This document shows, one piece after another, positions 1 through 10,534 of a stretch of DNA of 64,000 nucleotides. Origin of the DNA: an uncultured Spirochaetota bacterium. Lineage in GTDB: Bacteria > Spirochaetota > UBA4802 > UBA5550. The stretch covers positions 224,001 through 288,000 of the forward strand of contig CAWHAA010000008.1 in assembly GCA_963827275.1 (NCBI GenBank), in the 5' to 3' direction. Made by a program: the position numbers and the translations under genes. Position 1 is the first letter of the stretch, and every line of letters starts with the position of its first letter. A model generated the notes under the pieces. That model made no database searches and was not told the DNA's origin. It worked only from the letters and a program-made list of their open reading frames with translations.

Positions 1-194
1 AGGTCTTCCGGGGTCTTGAGCCAGGTAATAATGCCGCAGAAATTCTCGCCGCATTTGCTGATGGTCACCTTCGCATCTTCCTTGGGGACGAGCCACACGC
101 CGAGCGCGGACTCCGCGGTGTAGGCGGCAAGCAGCGATACCGTGATGGCAACGGAGCATGCAATAACGATGAACGGGACAAGTATCTTTTTCAT
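1..194 (-). CDS. DUF2147-like secreted protein (5' part; runs off window)
   Basis: Manual translation MKKILVPFIVIACSVAITVSLLAAYTAESALGVWLVPKEDAKVTISKCGENFCGIITWLK: signal peptide plus GxW...V.I..CG...CG.I.W pattern; AGGAG RBS at 201-205. Confidence 0.75.
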   Translation of the reverse strand, partial: MKKILVPFIVIACSVAITVSLLAAYTAESALGVWLVPKEDAKVTISKCGENFCGIITWLKTPED

Positions 195-222
195 GTCTGT
201 CTCCTTTGTTATGTGATGACGC

Positions 223-250
223 AGTATACCTGAAAAAAATTTCCTGTCAA
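223..250 (-). promoter_or_regulatory. sigma70-type promoter TTGACA-16-TATACT
   Basis: Reverse complement reads TTGACAggaaatttttttcaggTATACT, just upstream of the DUF2147-like gene. Confidence 0.65.
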
Positions 251-255
251 TACAT

Positions 256-284
256 AAAAAAAGGCGGCCCGGGGGCCGCCTTTT
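256..284 (-). terminator. Intrinsic terminator after thiolase
   Basis: AAAAAAAGGCGGCC-cggg-GGCCGCCTTTT hairpin; T-tract on the minus strand. Confidence 0.8.
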
Positions 285-303
285 CCGTCCAGTCCGGATG
301 CCG

Positions 304-1593
<1,290 letters not shown>

Positions 1594-1749
1594 ATATGTC
1601 CTCCCAAAATTTTTTTAACTTTCTGACACTATGTCTCAAGATTTTCCGCGGGGGGCTATTTGTAAAGGAAATTAATAATGCGGGGGAATTAATTTTCCCG
1701 TAGATGGGGTACCGTGCCTCGTACAACCGCGTTCCACATGCCGGCCGCC

Positions 1750-2601
1750 TCACGATTTTTCCATGTCAGGATAGAGCCGCTTCATGCATTCCGGGCACAG
1801 GCTGTGGCTGAAGGTCGCTTCTGACCGGTCCTCAATGTACCGCTCCACCTGCTGCCAGTACCCGCCGTCGTCACGCACCTTTTTGCAGTTCGAGCATATC
1901 GGGAGGAGCCCGGAGAGGTGCCTCACGTTTGCAAGGGCGTCCTTGAGGTTGTTCCTTTCAATTTCAAGTTCGTCATTCTTGTCCTGGATCAGCCGGTTGT
2001 CCAGGAACATCTGAAGGCGGAACCCGAAGATCAGGCGGGATGTTATCCAGGCGAAACTATTGAGCGCCAGGGTGTTCCACGCGTTCGTTACGGCCACTTT
2101 CTGGCTTACGGCATCGTAGGGCATGATCGCAATGAAAAGCAGAAAGCTCGCGAGGAAGAACAGGGCGCCCCGCAGCGGTTCCAGGTAAAGAAAAATTGCC
2201 ACCCCGTACACCATCAGCATGTACAACGGCAGCGGGAGGTGGAGTCCTGACGCGGGATCGGCGGTCCGGATTGCCCAGGTGAAAAAAGAGGACCACACGA
2301 GATAAAAGGCAATACTGAGGTATATCAGGGCCTGTTTCAGCCGGATGTGCCCCGCCCGTTTTTTGAGCACCGCAAGCAGGGGCAGCATCGGAAGGTTGAA
2401 CAGGAGAAGAGAGAGGGGATATCGCAAAATGTCCGAAGCGTCCTGCCTGAATGAGATATACACTCCCAGTTCCACCAGTGTCAGGATTGCGCCGCCAATA
2501 ATGAGCCGTGTCAGGTTATCTGATTGAATGGCATTCCTGAATCGCGCGGCGTGGGCGTCGGGGACAGGCATGAATAATTTTTTCAGCTGCGTGCGAATCA
2601 T
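1750..2601 (-). CDS. Multi-TM membrane protein with C-terminal CxxCKK...HxxCPxC domain
   Basis: About 6 hydrophobic segments, short coiled coil, then LLPICSNCKKVRDDGGYWQQVERYI...FSHSLCPEC. Confidence 0.8.
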   Translation of the reverse strand: MIRTQLKKLFMPVPDAHAARFRNAIQSDNLTRLIIGGAILTLVELGVYISFRQDASDILRYPLSLLLFNLPMLPLLAVLKKRAGHIRLKQALIYLSIAFYLVWSSFFTWAIRTADPASGLHLPLPLYMLMVYGVAIFLYLEPLRGALFFLASFLLFIAIMPYDAVSQKVAVTNAWNTLALNSFAWITSRLIFGFRLQMFLDNRLIQDKNDELEIERNNLKDALANVRHLSGLLPICSNCKKVRDDGGYWQQVERYIEDRSEATFSHSLCPECMKRLYPDMEKS

Positions 2602-2807
2602 GTTGTTTCATGGACCGGTTATTTTTTTGAATATCGATACCGCATTCATCCAAACGTAAAATATGAATACAGGGGCAGTAAAAAATTCAAGAATAAAACA
2701 GGCATGGCGTATAAAAATCAGCAGGGCTTGCCTTTTTGCCCGATCAATTGCCGTATCGCAGCAGACCGGCCTGATGCAACGGGCCGTACCGGTAGCGGGC
2801 CCGTGTT

Positions 2808-3904
2808 CCCAAATTCAAGGCTGAAATGCAACAGAGGATTAAATAGATGACATCATAAGGCTTTAATCCTAAGAGATTAAGTGACCAAACCAAATCTCAA
2901 GGGAGGCCTTATGATGCCATACGTACATTTAAACCTATGTGATAGAAAAGTCATCAAAAAAATGCTTAGTAGAAATAATAGTATAAGGGAAATAGCTGAA
3001 TATATAGAGCGTCATCCAAGTACCATTTCTCGTGAAATAAAACGTAATAAAGATAACTATTGGTACCATCCTGTTCATGCCCATGAGAAATATCTCATGC
3101 GAAGGAAGGAATCAAAGATTGCTATTATTGAAAGCAATGACAATCTCAGGGAATATATTACACAGGAATTGAGAAACAGGAAATCCCCTGATGCCATATC
3201 AGGCCGGTTAAAATTAACCCATAAGAACCGTCCAGATATGCAGATAAGCCACGAATCCATTTATACCTGGATATATCAACGTGCAAAACAAGGGGATGAG
3301 ATTTACAAATATTTATCTCGAGGAGTAAAAAAACGGCATAAAAGACTCAATATCAAGCGATCTCGTATACAAATTCCCGATAGAATTAGTATTCATGCCC
3401 GGCCTCAATCAGTTGAAAGCCGTCGATCAAAGGGTCATTGGGAAGGAGATACAATTACCGGGAAAAATCATCAAGCATACATTGCCACATTGGTTGAAAG
3501 AAAGTCATACTTTCTGGCTGCAGGTTTTATGGGTGATAAGCGATCAGAAACATGTAATAGGTCAATTCTTGAAGCATTTGGAGATATAGATAACAAATCC
3601 ATAAAATCCATAACCTTTGATAATGGCTCGGAATTCTATCAACATAAAAATCTACAGGAAGCGCTTGAATGCAAGGTCTATTTCGCTGATCCGTATAGTG
3701 CCTGGCAGAGAGGAATTAACGAACATACGAATGGTCTTCTACGGAAATATTTTCCCAAAAGTATGAATTTCAAAGACTTGACACAAAATGAGGTTGATGA
3801 GGCTATAAAAAAGCTAAATGATACACCTCGTAAATCTCTTGGATATAGAACTCCTTATGAGGTCTTCTATAATCTAACCGTTGCACTTCAATCTTGAACT
3901 GGGG
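2808..3904 (+). mobile_element. IS30-family insertion sequence (1097 bp)
   Basis: Imperfect 27-bp terminal IRs (CCCAAATTCAAGGCTGAAATGCAACAG vs rev-comp CCCCAGTTCAAGATTGAAGTGCAACGG, 21/27); GTT direct repeat at 2805-2807 and 3905-3907; clearly AT-richer than flanks. Confidence 0.9.
2911..3897 (+). CDS. IS30-family DDE transposase
   Basis: HTH (RHPSTISREIKRN), ISHESIYTWIY, HWEGDT, TFDNGSEF, WQRGINEHTNGLLR; GGAGG RBS before ATG 2911; stop lies inside the right IR. Confidence 0.95.
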   Translation: MMPYVHLNLCDRKVIKKMLSRNNSIREIAEYIERHPSTISREIKRNKDNYWYHPVHAHEKYLMRRKESKIAIIESNDNLREYITQELRNRKSPDAISGRLKLTHKNRPDMQISHESIYTWIYQRAKQGDEIYKYLSRGVKKRHKRLNIKRSRIQIPDRISIHARPQSVESRRSKGHWEGDTITGKNHQAYIATLVERKSYFLAAGFMGDKRSETCNRSILEAFGDIDNKSIKSITFDNGSEFYQHKNLQEALECKVYFADPYSAWQRGINEHTNGLLRKYFPKSMNFKDLTQNEVDEAIKKLNDTPRKSLGYRTPYEVFYNLTVALQS

Positions 3905-4051
3905 GTTTCGTGCGGCGCTATGCCATAAAAAGCGCTGGACAGGGTAGCTGAAATTTTGTAATGAATACGACGTTTGAAGCGTACGGCGCCTTGCCGTTCG
4001 CTTCGCCGGGGTTGCGCATTAATACACACTACACCATGCATGGAGGACCGG

Positions 4052-5176
4052 ATGAAAACCAGGATAACAGAGCTTTTTGGGATACAATATCCGATAATTT
4101 TGCCCGGCATGAGCTGGATCAGCGTGCCGGAACTGGTGGCGGCAGTCTGCAATGCGGGCGGATTGGGCTACCTGGCCACCGGGCCGTTAAGCCCTGACCA
4201 GACAAGGGCCTCCATTAAAAGGATACGGGAGCTTACGAAAAGGCCCTTCGGTGTGGGCGCCACGCTGCTCATGCCCGGCGCCAGGGAAAATGCCGAGGTG
4301 GCCATACAGGAAAAGGTCCCGGTCCTGAACATCTCCCTGGGAAAGGGCGAAGACCTGATCACGCGCGTGCATGCGTACGGCGGCAAGGTGATAACCACCG
4401 TCACCACGGTGGAGCACGCCCTGGCTGCGGAAAAGGCGGGCGCGGACGCTCTCCAGGTGACGGGCCACGAGGCGGCGGCGCACGGGAGCGCGGTTACCAC
4501 GATGGTGCTGGTCCCGGCGATCGTCGATGCGGTGAAGATACCCGTGGTTGCGATAGGCGGCATTGCGGACGGAAGGGGAATGGCGGCGGCGCTGGCACTG
4601 GGCGCGGAAGGGATCGGGATGGGGACCAGGCTTTCCATGACAAAGGAAAGTCCGGTGCACATGAATACCCAGAAGAAGCAGCTTGAAAGCGGGATCCAGG
4701 ACACCATCTATTCAAACCGCTTCGATGCCCTCTGGTGCAGAGTGTTAAAAACGCCGAACGCCGAGAAGGTGATCAAGAGGGGGCGGAACCTGCCGAAAGG
4801 GTTTTTAGCCTCGTTTGCCATCGCGAAGTCGCTCGGTATGTCATGGTTCGGCCTTGCCGCGTCGATCCTGACGGGCAAGAAGGGCGAGAAATCAGAATCT
4901 GCACCGGCACCAGGGCCGAAAGTAAAAAAGAAAAAGAAATCGCTCATACGGCTCATGATAGATAATACAAAGATGGCCATGAACCTGGCGCACATGGCGA
5001 CGGGATATGTGTACATCCAGAAAGCAACACAGGCCGGCGACCTTGAGCATGGCGTACAGCTCATCGGGCAGGTCCAGGGCCTGATACATGACCTCCCGAC
5101 CGTGGCCCAGGTGATACAGAGGACCGTGAAAGAGGCGAAGGAGATCCATAAGAAAATGGGAGCGAAGGTAGGATAA
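4052..5176 (+). CDS. Nitronate monooxygenase / FabK-like flavoenzyme
   Basis: MKTRITELFGIQYPII, AVCNAGGLG, GHEAAAH, GGIADGRGMAAALALGAEGIGMGTR; GGAGG RBS before ATG 4052. Confidence 0.9.
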   Translation: MKTRITELFGIQYPIILPGMSWISVPELVAAVCNAGGLGYLATGPLSPDQTRASIKRIRELTKRPFGVGATLLMPGARENAEVAIQEKVPVLNISLGKGEDLITRVHAYGGKVITTVTTVEHALAAEKAGADALQVTGHEAAAHGSAVTTMVLVPAIVDAVKIPVVAIGGIADGRGMAAALALGAEGIGMGTRLSMTKESPVHMNTQKKQLESGIQDTIYSNRFDALWCRVLKTPNAEKVIKRGRNLPKGFLASFAIAKSLGMSWFGLAASILTGKKGEKSESAPAPGPKVKKKKKSLIRLMIDNTKMAMNLAHMATGYVYIQKATQAGDLEHGVQLIGQVQGLIHDLPTVAQVIQRTVKEAKEIHKKMGAKVG

Positions 5177-5233
5177 CGACGGCCATCAGGTCAGGGCTCG
5201 AATGATGATCCCCGAATGCGTGGCGTGTCCGCC

Positions 5234-6823
5234 CTAGTTGTCAATTTTATAGACATGGAGCTCGTACGGCTCAAAGTGGTCGGTGAATACGCCGTTGACC
5301 ATCGTGACGGTCCGCACGTCATTGAGCACCGTCACGGTTTTGGTGCCGGTCTGCCCGCTTACGGTAAACTCCGCGTCCACCGCCAGTCCGTGGATGTGAT
5401 CCTGGTTACCGTTCCCCATCGCAAAGATGTAGGTGTCCCCCGCAAATTGCTTGGTCAGGAAGATGACGTCCACCGGGCCGCCGGTGGTTGCCGTCGTCCC
5501 GGCGACGTCCGGGGTGAGCAATACCGCGCCGAAGGCGTAAACGGTTTCGTTCGCCGCTTTCATCGCCGCGGGTATTCCCGGCTCGAGGAGGGCCGCGTAG
5601 TTGCCCAGGGATAGCGGGGAAAAATCGTGGCAGAAGTACATCGCGCCCCGCGCGCCGCTGATGACCATGTTCCACACCGTCGGCATGATATAGGAGGGGG
5701 GCATCCGCTGGAACATCCAGTTATCGCTGGAGGCGTGCGTCCAGGGCGCGGACGCCTCCAGAACGCCCCAGACGGGACGCGACTTCCCGTCGTGGCTCGC
5801 CCACTTGATCGTGTTCTTCACGCTCCTTCCATATGTCCAGATGCCGTGGTTCTCGGGAAATTCCCAGGGATCGGTTATGCCGTACAGGTCGCTCGAGATG
5901 ACGTCGGTCGGCCCGATGTAGCATTCGAAATCGAGCTCCTGCGACCCGAGCGAACCGTATTCGTATTCGATCCCGTGCCATTCATCCTTCGCGAAGGGCT
6001 TGCCGAAATTCGCGTATACCTCCCGCGTGTTGTCGTACGATAATAACAGGTCGCCCAGGGCGTCCCATGCTGCGGGCGTACTGGCTTCCCTCTCGGCAGG
6101 GATGACGCTGTTCCTGTTCATGTCGGGCTCGTCCCCGAGCACATACCCCTTGAATATGCCCCAGAATGCCGGATGGTCGTTGATCCAGTTCACCGCCGCC
6201 TGGTCGTTGCCGGTATAGACATTCATGCCCGCGTCCTTGAGCGCCTGCATCGACGCGAGCGCGTATCCCGGGTACATGTCAACCTCGCCCGGCCAGTTCC
6301 AGAGGCCGATATAGGTGTTGATGCCGATGTCCTTGTAGGTCTGCGCCATGGTTTTCCCGTTGAACATGCTTTCCGGCGACTGCAGCCACACGCCGAAGAC
6401 AAATGACCTGTCCGCGAGCGAGGCGGGGGTCACCGCCAGCTGCGCTGCGTTGCTGGTCGTTTCACCGTAGGGGCCCGTTATCCTGACCGAGTAGAGCCCC
6501 ACGTCCGCGGCGCTCGCCGCGCTGATGGCAAGGGTGGAGCTGTCGGTGCCGACAGGAACGCCGTCTTTCAACCACTGGAAATGGCAGAAGGGTTCGTATC
6601 CCACGGTGACTGAAAACGTCACGCTCCCGCCCTCGGTTACCGTCTGGCTGATCGGGTGTGTTGCTATGCTTCTCCGTGCTTCATCCACGCCCAGGGCGTG
6701 GGCCACGAGCAGTGCTTTCTTTATGAGCGGGGAATTGGAGGCAAAATTGATGAAGCCGGCATCGCAGCCGGTACCGCACAGCAGCGGCAACAATATAAGT
6801 ATCGATAGATATTTTTTTTTCAT
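5234..6823 (-). CDS. Lipoprotein with Ig-like domain and glycoside-hydrolase-like TIM-barrel domain
   Basis: Signal peptide ending LLCGTGC; Ig motif HPISQTVTEGGSVTFSV..FQWLKDG..DVGLYSV; GVWLQ..YKDIGINTY, GDEPD and VLEA candidate catalytic glutamates. Confidence 0.7.
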   Translation of the reverse strand: MKKKYLSILILLPLLCGTGCDAGFINFASNSPLIKKALLVAHALGVDEARRSIATHPISQTVTEGGSVTFSVTVGYEPFCHFQWLKDGVPVGTDSSTLAISAASAADVGLYSVRITGPYGETTSNAAQLAVTPASLADRSFVFGVWLQSPESMFNGKTMAQTYKDIGINTYIGLWNWPGEVDMYPGYALASMQALKDAGMNVYTGNDQAAVNWINDHPAFWGIFKGYVLGDEPDMNRNSVIPAEREASTPAAWDALGDLLLSYDNTREVYANFGKPFAKDEWHGIEYEYGSLGSQELDFECYIGPTDVISSDLYGITDPWEFPENHGIWTYGRSVKNTIKWASHDGKSRPVWGVLEASAPWTHASSDNWMFQRMPPSYIMPTVWNMVISGARGAMYFCHDFSPLSLGNYAALLEPGIPAAMKAANETVYAFGAVLLTPDVAGTTATTGGPVDVIFLTKQFAGDTYIFAMGNGNQDHIHGLAVDAEFTVSGQTGTKTVTVLNDVRTVTMVNGVFTDHFEPYELHVYKIDN

Positions 6824-7073
6824 ACCGGACTCTGTCGTTTATTGAAATCATGAAGTGATGCGTATATCGCCGCCGGCGGTTTACGCCGTTACCCATTCAA
6901 TAATATTATAGCGGGAACGCGCAATTGACAACCACTTTTTCGCGATAATAAAAAAGGGCCGGGCATGCGGGACAAAAAATGCTTGATAAATAGCGCCGGA
7001 ATGATTTGCTCAAAGACGTATTTCCCGGAGCAGGGGGGCAGGACAACACCAGAAGTCAAGGGGCATTGCCGAC

Positions 7074-9041
7074 GTGCAATCGTTAACATTAATAGTAATC
7101 CTGGCCCTTGTGCCGGTACCGGTCATTTATTTCTTTTACCACCGGTATTTCCTGGTAAAGCCCAGCTATCTCTATCACCTTGAGTATTTTATCTACGGCG
7201 CCATACTGGCGCTCGTTCTGCTTCTGGCCGGCCCGTATCTTATCCCCGACCTGCCGCTTCATGGCGCTGCGGCGCGGGGGTTCCTGAGCGCTTCGCTGGT
7301 CGAGAAGGCCGGTGCCTTCATCTTCATCGCGATCCTGACCTACCGCACGCCGCCCCTGCTCATGGTGCTCAACATGGTAATCTCCGCAATGCTGCTCGGG
7401 CTCGGGTTTGCGACGATAGAAAACATCATGTACGCCGTCTCTATACGCGAGCCGGTCATCGCCGTACGGCTCTTCAGCTCGGTCCCCCTCCACGTGCTCA
7501 CCTGCGGGATCATCGGGTACGGCCTCGCGCTCATGCGTTTCAGCGGCTCGTGGGAGGGCAGGGCCCGGTATGCGCTCGGCGCGTTCCTGGTCCCGTATCT
7601 GTTTCACGGCACGTACGACACGCTCCTGATCGGCGGCGGCACCGGCACCTACTGGATCGCGCCGCTGCTGGTCGTGCTGATGGTCGGGATGGAGTACCTC
7701 CTCGCGAAATCGCAGACCCTCCCGCTCCTTGACGGCCTGCAGAAGCACCGCATCTCGATCGAGGAGTGGGCCACGATCCAGCGCGAGCCGCAGTACGAGC
7801 GGTGGATCCTCCGCTCCATGGGCTCGAAGAACAGGGAGTATGTCCCGATGGTCAGGCTGAAACTGGGCGCCCCGCGGGCGGCCATCATCATCGTGCTGCT
7901 CGCCGCCGCCGGGGCCTGCCTCGCGGGCGGCGATGTCGTCGCGGGCGCCTTCCGGAACCGGCTCAGCGGGGAAGAGACGGTCATGCTCTTCACCCTGCTC
8001 CCGGCGCTCTATTCCCTGAACCTGTTCACGGTCGGCGTGGTGAACCCGAAATATTTCCAGAATAGCATGATCCGGATCCCCATCATCATTGATGTGGACA
8101 TCGACGTCCCCGGGGCGGTCATCAAGACCACGACGTACCACGTCACGGCCGGCAGCTGTTACCTCAAGACCGTTGACCCGATCGCGCCGGGTACCCGCCT
8201 CTCGCTCACCTTTGCCTGCTCACAGATCTCCTCGCCGCCGGTGCGGGGCGTCGCAGTCTGGGACAGCCGCGATGACCGGAAGCAGCTCTCCGGCACTCTT
8301 GTACGGTTTACGGACAGGACGTGGCGGTACCGGCTCTTTATCCTTCGATACGGCCTCTACCGCGTGAGCCGCGGCCTCTTCTTCACCCTGCGCCTCCCCG
8401 GCTTCGGGAACATCCGCCGCCTCTTCGTACGGCCGGTGTCCGTGATGCAGAAGGAGTGGCGGTTCAGCGCGGGAGACACGCTCTTCAACCAGGGTGAAGA
8501 GGGGAAGGTGTTCTACCTCATCAGGAAGGGGAAGGTGGACATCGTCAAGACGCTTGACAGCGGTGAGACGGTGCACCTGACCACGCTTGCCGAAGGGGAC
8601 ATCTTCGGCGAGATGGCCATCGTGGGGGGCCAGCCGCGCATGGCGGCGGCGGTATGTAAGACCGACTGCCTCCTGGCGGTCGCCGAGGCGGACAACCTGG
8701 ACGCGCTCATAGAGAGCAACCCGGTGTTCACCCAGCGGCTCATCAAGATTTTCGCGAACCGGCTTCATTCATCCGAGCAGACCATGCTGAAGAGCATGGC
8801 GGACTTCGGCGCTGCGCACCGGCGGCGGGAAGAGGCGCTCGCAGCGCTGTGCAAAGTCCTTGCCGCTCTCGCGCTGCGTAGTCGCGGCGCGAAGGCCCTC
8901 AGCAGCTCTGACATCGGCGACCTGGCCTCGCGTTGTAATGTTGAACCCGGTTCCGTGGCCCGCATCATCACCGCCCTTGCAGGGGCGACCGGGAGCGAAT
9001 CGATGGACGCAATCGTAGAAGGCCTCATCGAAAAATTATGA
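7074..9041 (+). CDS. PrsW-family intramembrane protease fused to PilZ-like and cyclic-nucleotide-binding domains
   Basis: GLGFATIEN, VPLH and LFHGTYD PrsW motifs; C-terminal FSAGDTLFNQGEEG..YLIRKGKV..GDIFGEMAI..PRMAAA cNMP motif. Confidence 0.85.
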   Translation: MQSLTLIVILALVPVPVIYFFYHRYFLVKPSYLYHLEYFIYGAILALVLLLAGPYLIPDLPLHGAAARGFLSASLVEKAGAFIFIAILTYRTPPLLMVLNMVISAMLLGLGFATIENIMYAVSIREPVIAVRLFSSVPLHVLTCGIIGYGLALMRFSGSWEGRARYALGAFLVPYLFHGTYDTLLIGGGTGTYWIAPLLVVLMVGMEYLLAKSQTLPLLDGLQKHRISIEEWATIQREPQYERWILRSMGSKNREYVPMVRLKLGAPRAAIIIVLLAAAGACLAGGDVVAGAFRNRLSGEETVMLFTLLPALYSLNLFTVGVVNPKYFQNSMIRIPIIIDVDIDVPGAVIKTTTYHVTAGSCYLKTVDPIAPGTRLSLTFACSQISSPPVRGVAVWDSRDDRKQLSGTLVRFTDRTWRYRLFILRYGLYRVSRGLFFTLRLPGFGNIRRLFVRPVSVMQKEWRFSAGDTLFNQGEEGKVFYLIRKGKVDIVKTLDSGETVHLTTLAEGDIFGEMAIVGGQPRMAAAVCKTDCLLAVAEADNLDALIESNPVFTQRLIKIFANRLHSSEQTMLKSMADFGAAHRRREEALAALCKVLAALALRSRGAKALSSSDIGDLASRCNVEPGSVARIITALAGATGSESMDAIVEGLIEKL

Positions 9042-9047
9042 CACCTG

Positions 9048-9076
9048 TTGACGTTCTGGAGAATTTTTATTATATT
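9048..9076 (+). promoter_or_regulatory. sigma70-type promoter TTGACG-17-TATATT
   Basis: Direct match, 40 bp upstream of the DsrE-family gene. Confidence 0.55.
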
Positions 9077-9116
9077 ATAAAATATAATATTCTAAAATAC
9101 TAAAATAGAGGTCTGT

Positions 9117-9485
9117 ATGGATGCTGAAAAGAAGATCACCTATATTGTAACCTACGGAGATGACAACCCTGAAAAGGCGACGATACCATTTATCCTCGCC
9201 AATACCGCCATGGCCATGGAGGTGACCCCTGTCATCATACTGCAGAGCAACGCGGTCATGCTGGCGGTAAAAGGGTTTGCGGAAAAGATCCATTTCAAGG
9301 AAGGAGTGTCGCTCAAACAGCTCATAGAAAACTACACCGGGGCCGGGCACAAGCTCCTGCTCTGCTCGCCCTGCGTGGATAAGCGGAACCTTTCGGAGAA
9401 GGACTTCGTGGACGGATCGATGATCGTGGGCGCCGCGCGGGTGAACGAAGAGGCCCTTTCGAGCGTCAATGTCATCACCTACTGA
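9117..9485 (+). CDS. DsrE/DsrF-family protein
   Basis: TYGDDNPEKATIPFILANTA..AVMLA..LLCSPC; 122 aa. Confidence 0.85.
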   Translation: MDAEKKITYIVTYGDDNPEKATIPFILANTAMAMEVTPVIILQSNAVMLAVKGFAEKIHFKEGVSLKQLIENYTGAGHKLLLCSPCVDKRNLSEKDFVDGSMIVGAARVNEEALSSVNVITY

Positions 9486-9632
9486 TAGACGTGACGGTGC
9501 GGGAAATCCGGCACAGTCCCCGGTGTGGGGTGACTTTCCCGGATAAAAAAATAACAAAAAATTGTTTTTTCCTGTCACGAGGGCAACTAGTATGAGTATA
9601 AGATATACACCCGGAACGACAGGAATAAAACA

Positions 9633-10523
9633 ATGGATAACCCATTTATTGAAAAAAAAGGACAGGATGAGGATGACCTCAATCTCATCCGTGCGTCCCT
9701 GGAGGGAAACCAGGGGGCCCTTGAGCGGCTTATCCTGCGCCACCAGGCCTGGATATACAATATCGCCTTCAAGATGGTGATGGACCATGACGATGCCAGC
9801 GATATCACCCAGGAAATTTTAATAAAGATAATCACCAGCCTCTCCTCGTATGACCGCCAGAAGGGCCAGTTCCGCACCTGGGTGTACCGGATTGTTGCGA
9901 ACCACGTGATCACCATGAAACAAAAGAAATTTGAGCGGAGGATACACGATTTCGACCGGTATGTGTCCCTCATCGAACAATTGCCCGACCACCGCTCTTT
10001 TTCCCACCCCGAATCCGGTATCCTGGTCGATGAGCTCAAGGTGGGGTGCATGATGGGCATGCTGATGTGCCTGAACCGGATGGCGCGCCTGGTGTTCATC
10101 CTCGGCGCGGTCTTCAATGTCCCCGACACCTTCGGCGCGGAGATACTTGACATATCGCAGGGGAATTTCAGAAAAATACTGTCGCGGAGCCGCCACAGGG
10201 TCTACTCATACATGAACGGGGTCTGCGGCCACGTGAACAAGAACAATCCCTGCCGGTGCGCCTACAAGGTCAAGAACTTCATCGACCTGGGAATGATGGA
10301 CCCGGCGAAACCGAGGTACAACCGTTCGGGCTGCCCGCGGGTGAGCGAGGTCATAAGCGAGCGCCTTGATGACTTTACCCTGTCATTTTACACTCCGTTT
10401 CTTTCTCACTTCAGGGAACAGCCATTTTATGAGCCCCCTGACATGACGCAATGGTTTCGCTCGATGATCCAGAATGATGATTTCAAACGGCTCTTTGAGA
10501 TTGAGGACGCAACACATAATTAA
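9633..10523 (+). CDS. ECF sigma factor with Cys-rich C-terminal extension
   Basis: Region 2 (DASDITQEILIK, FRTWVYRIVAN), region 4 (AEILDISQGNFRKILSRSR), tail CGHVNKNNPCRC. Confidence 0.88.
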   Translation: MDNPFIEKKGQDEDDLNLIRASLEGNQGALERLILRHQAWIYNIAFKMVMDHDDASDITQEILIKIITSLSSYDRQKGQFRTWVYRIVANHVITMKQKKFERRIHDFDRYVSLIEQLPDHRSFSHPESGILVDELKVGCMMGMLMCLNRMARLVFILGAVFNVPDTFGAEILDISQGNFRKILSRSRHRVYSYMNGVCGHVNKNNPCRCAYKVKNFIDLGMMDPAKPRYNRSGCPRVSEVISERLDDFTLSFYTPFLSHFREQPFYEPPDMTQWFRSMIQNDDFKRLFEIEDATHN

Positions 10524-10534
10524 GGGAGAATTAT

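Noticed and set aside
3894..3925. Hybrid promoter from an outward TTGAAC in the IS30 right end
   Set aside because: No acceptable -10 at 16-18 bp spacing.
9490..9545. GGGAAATCCGG...hairpin resembling a cobalamin riboswitch fragment
   Set aside because: Too short and lacks the B12 box; more likely a simple hairpin.
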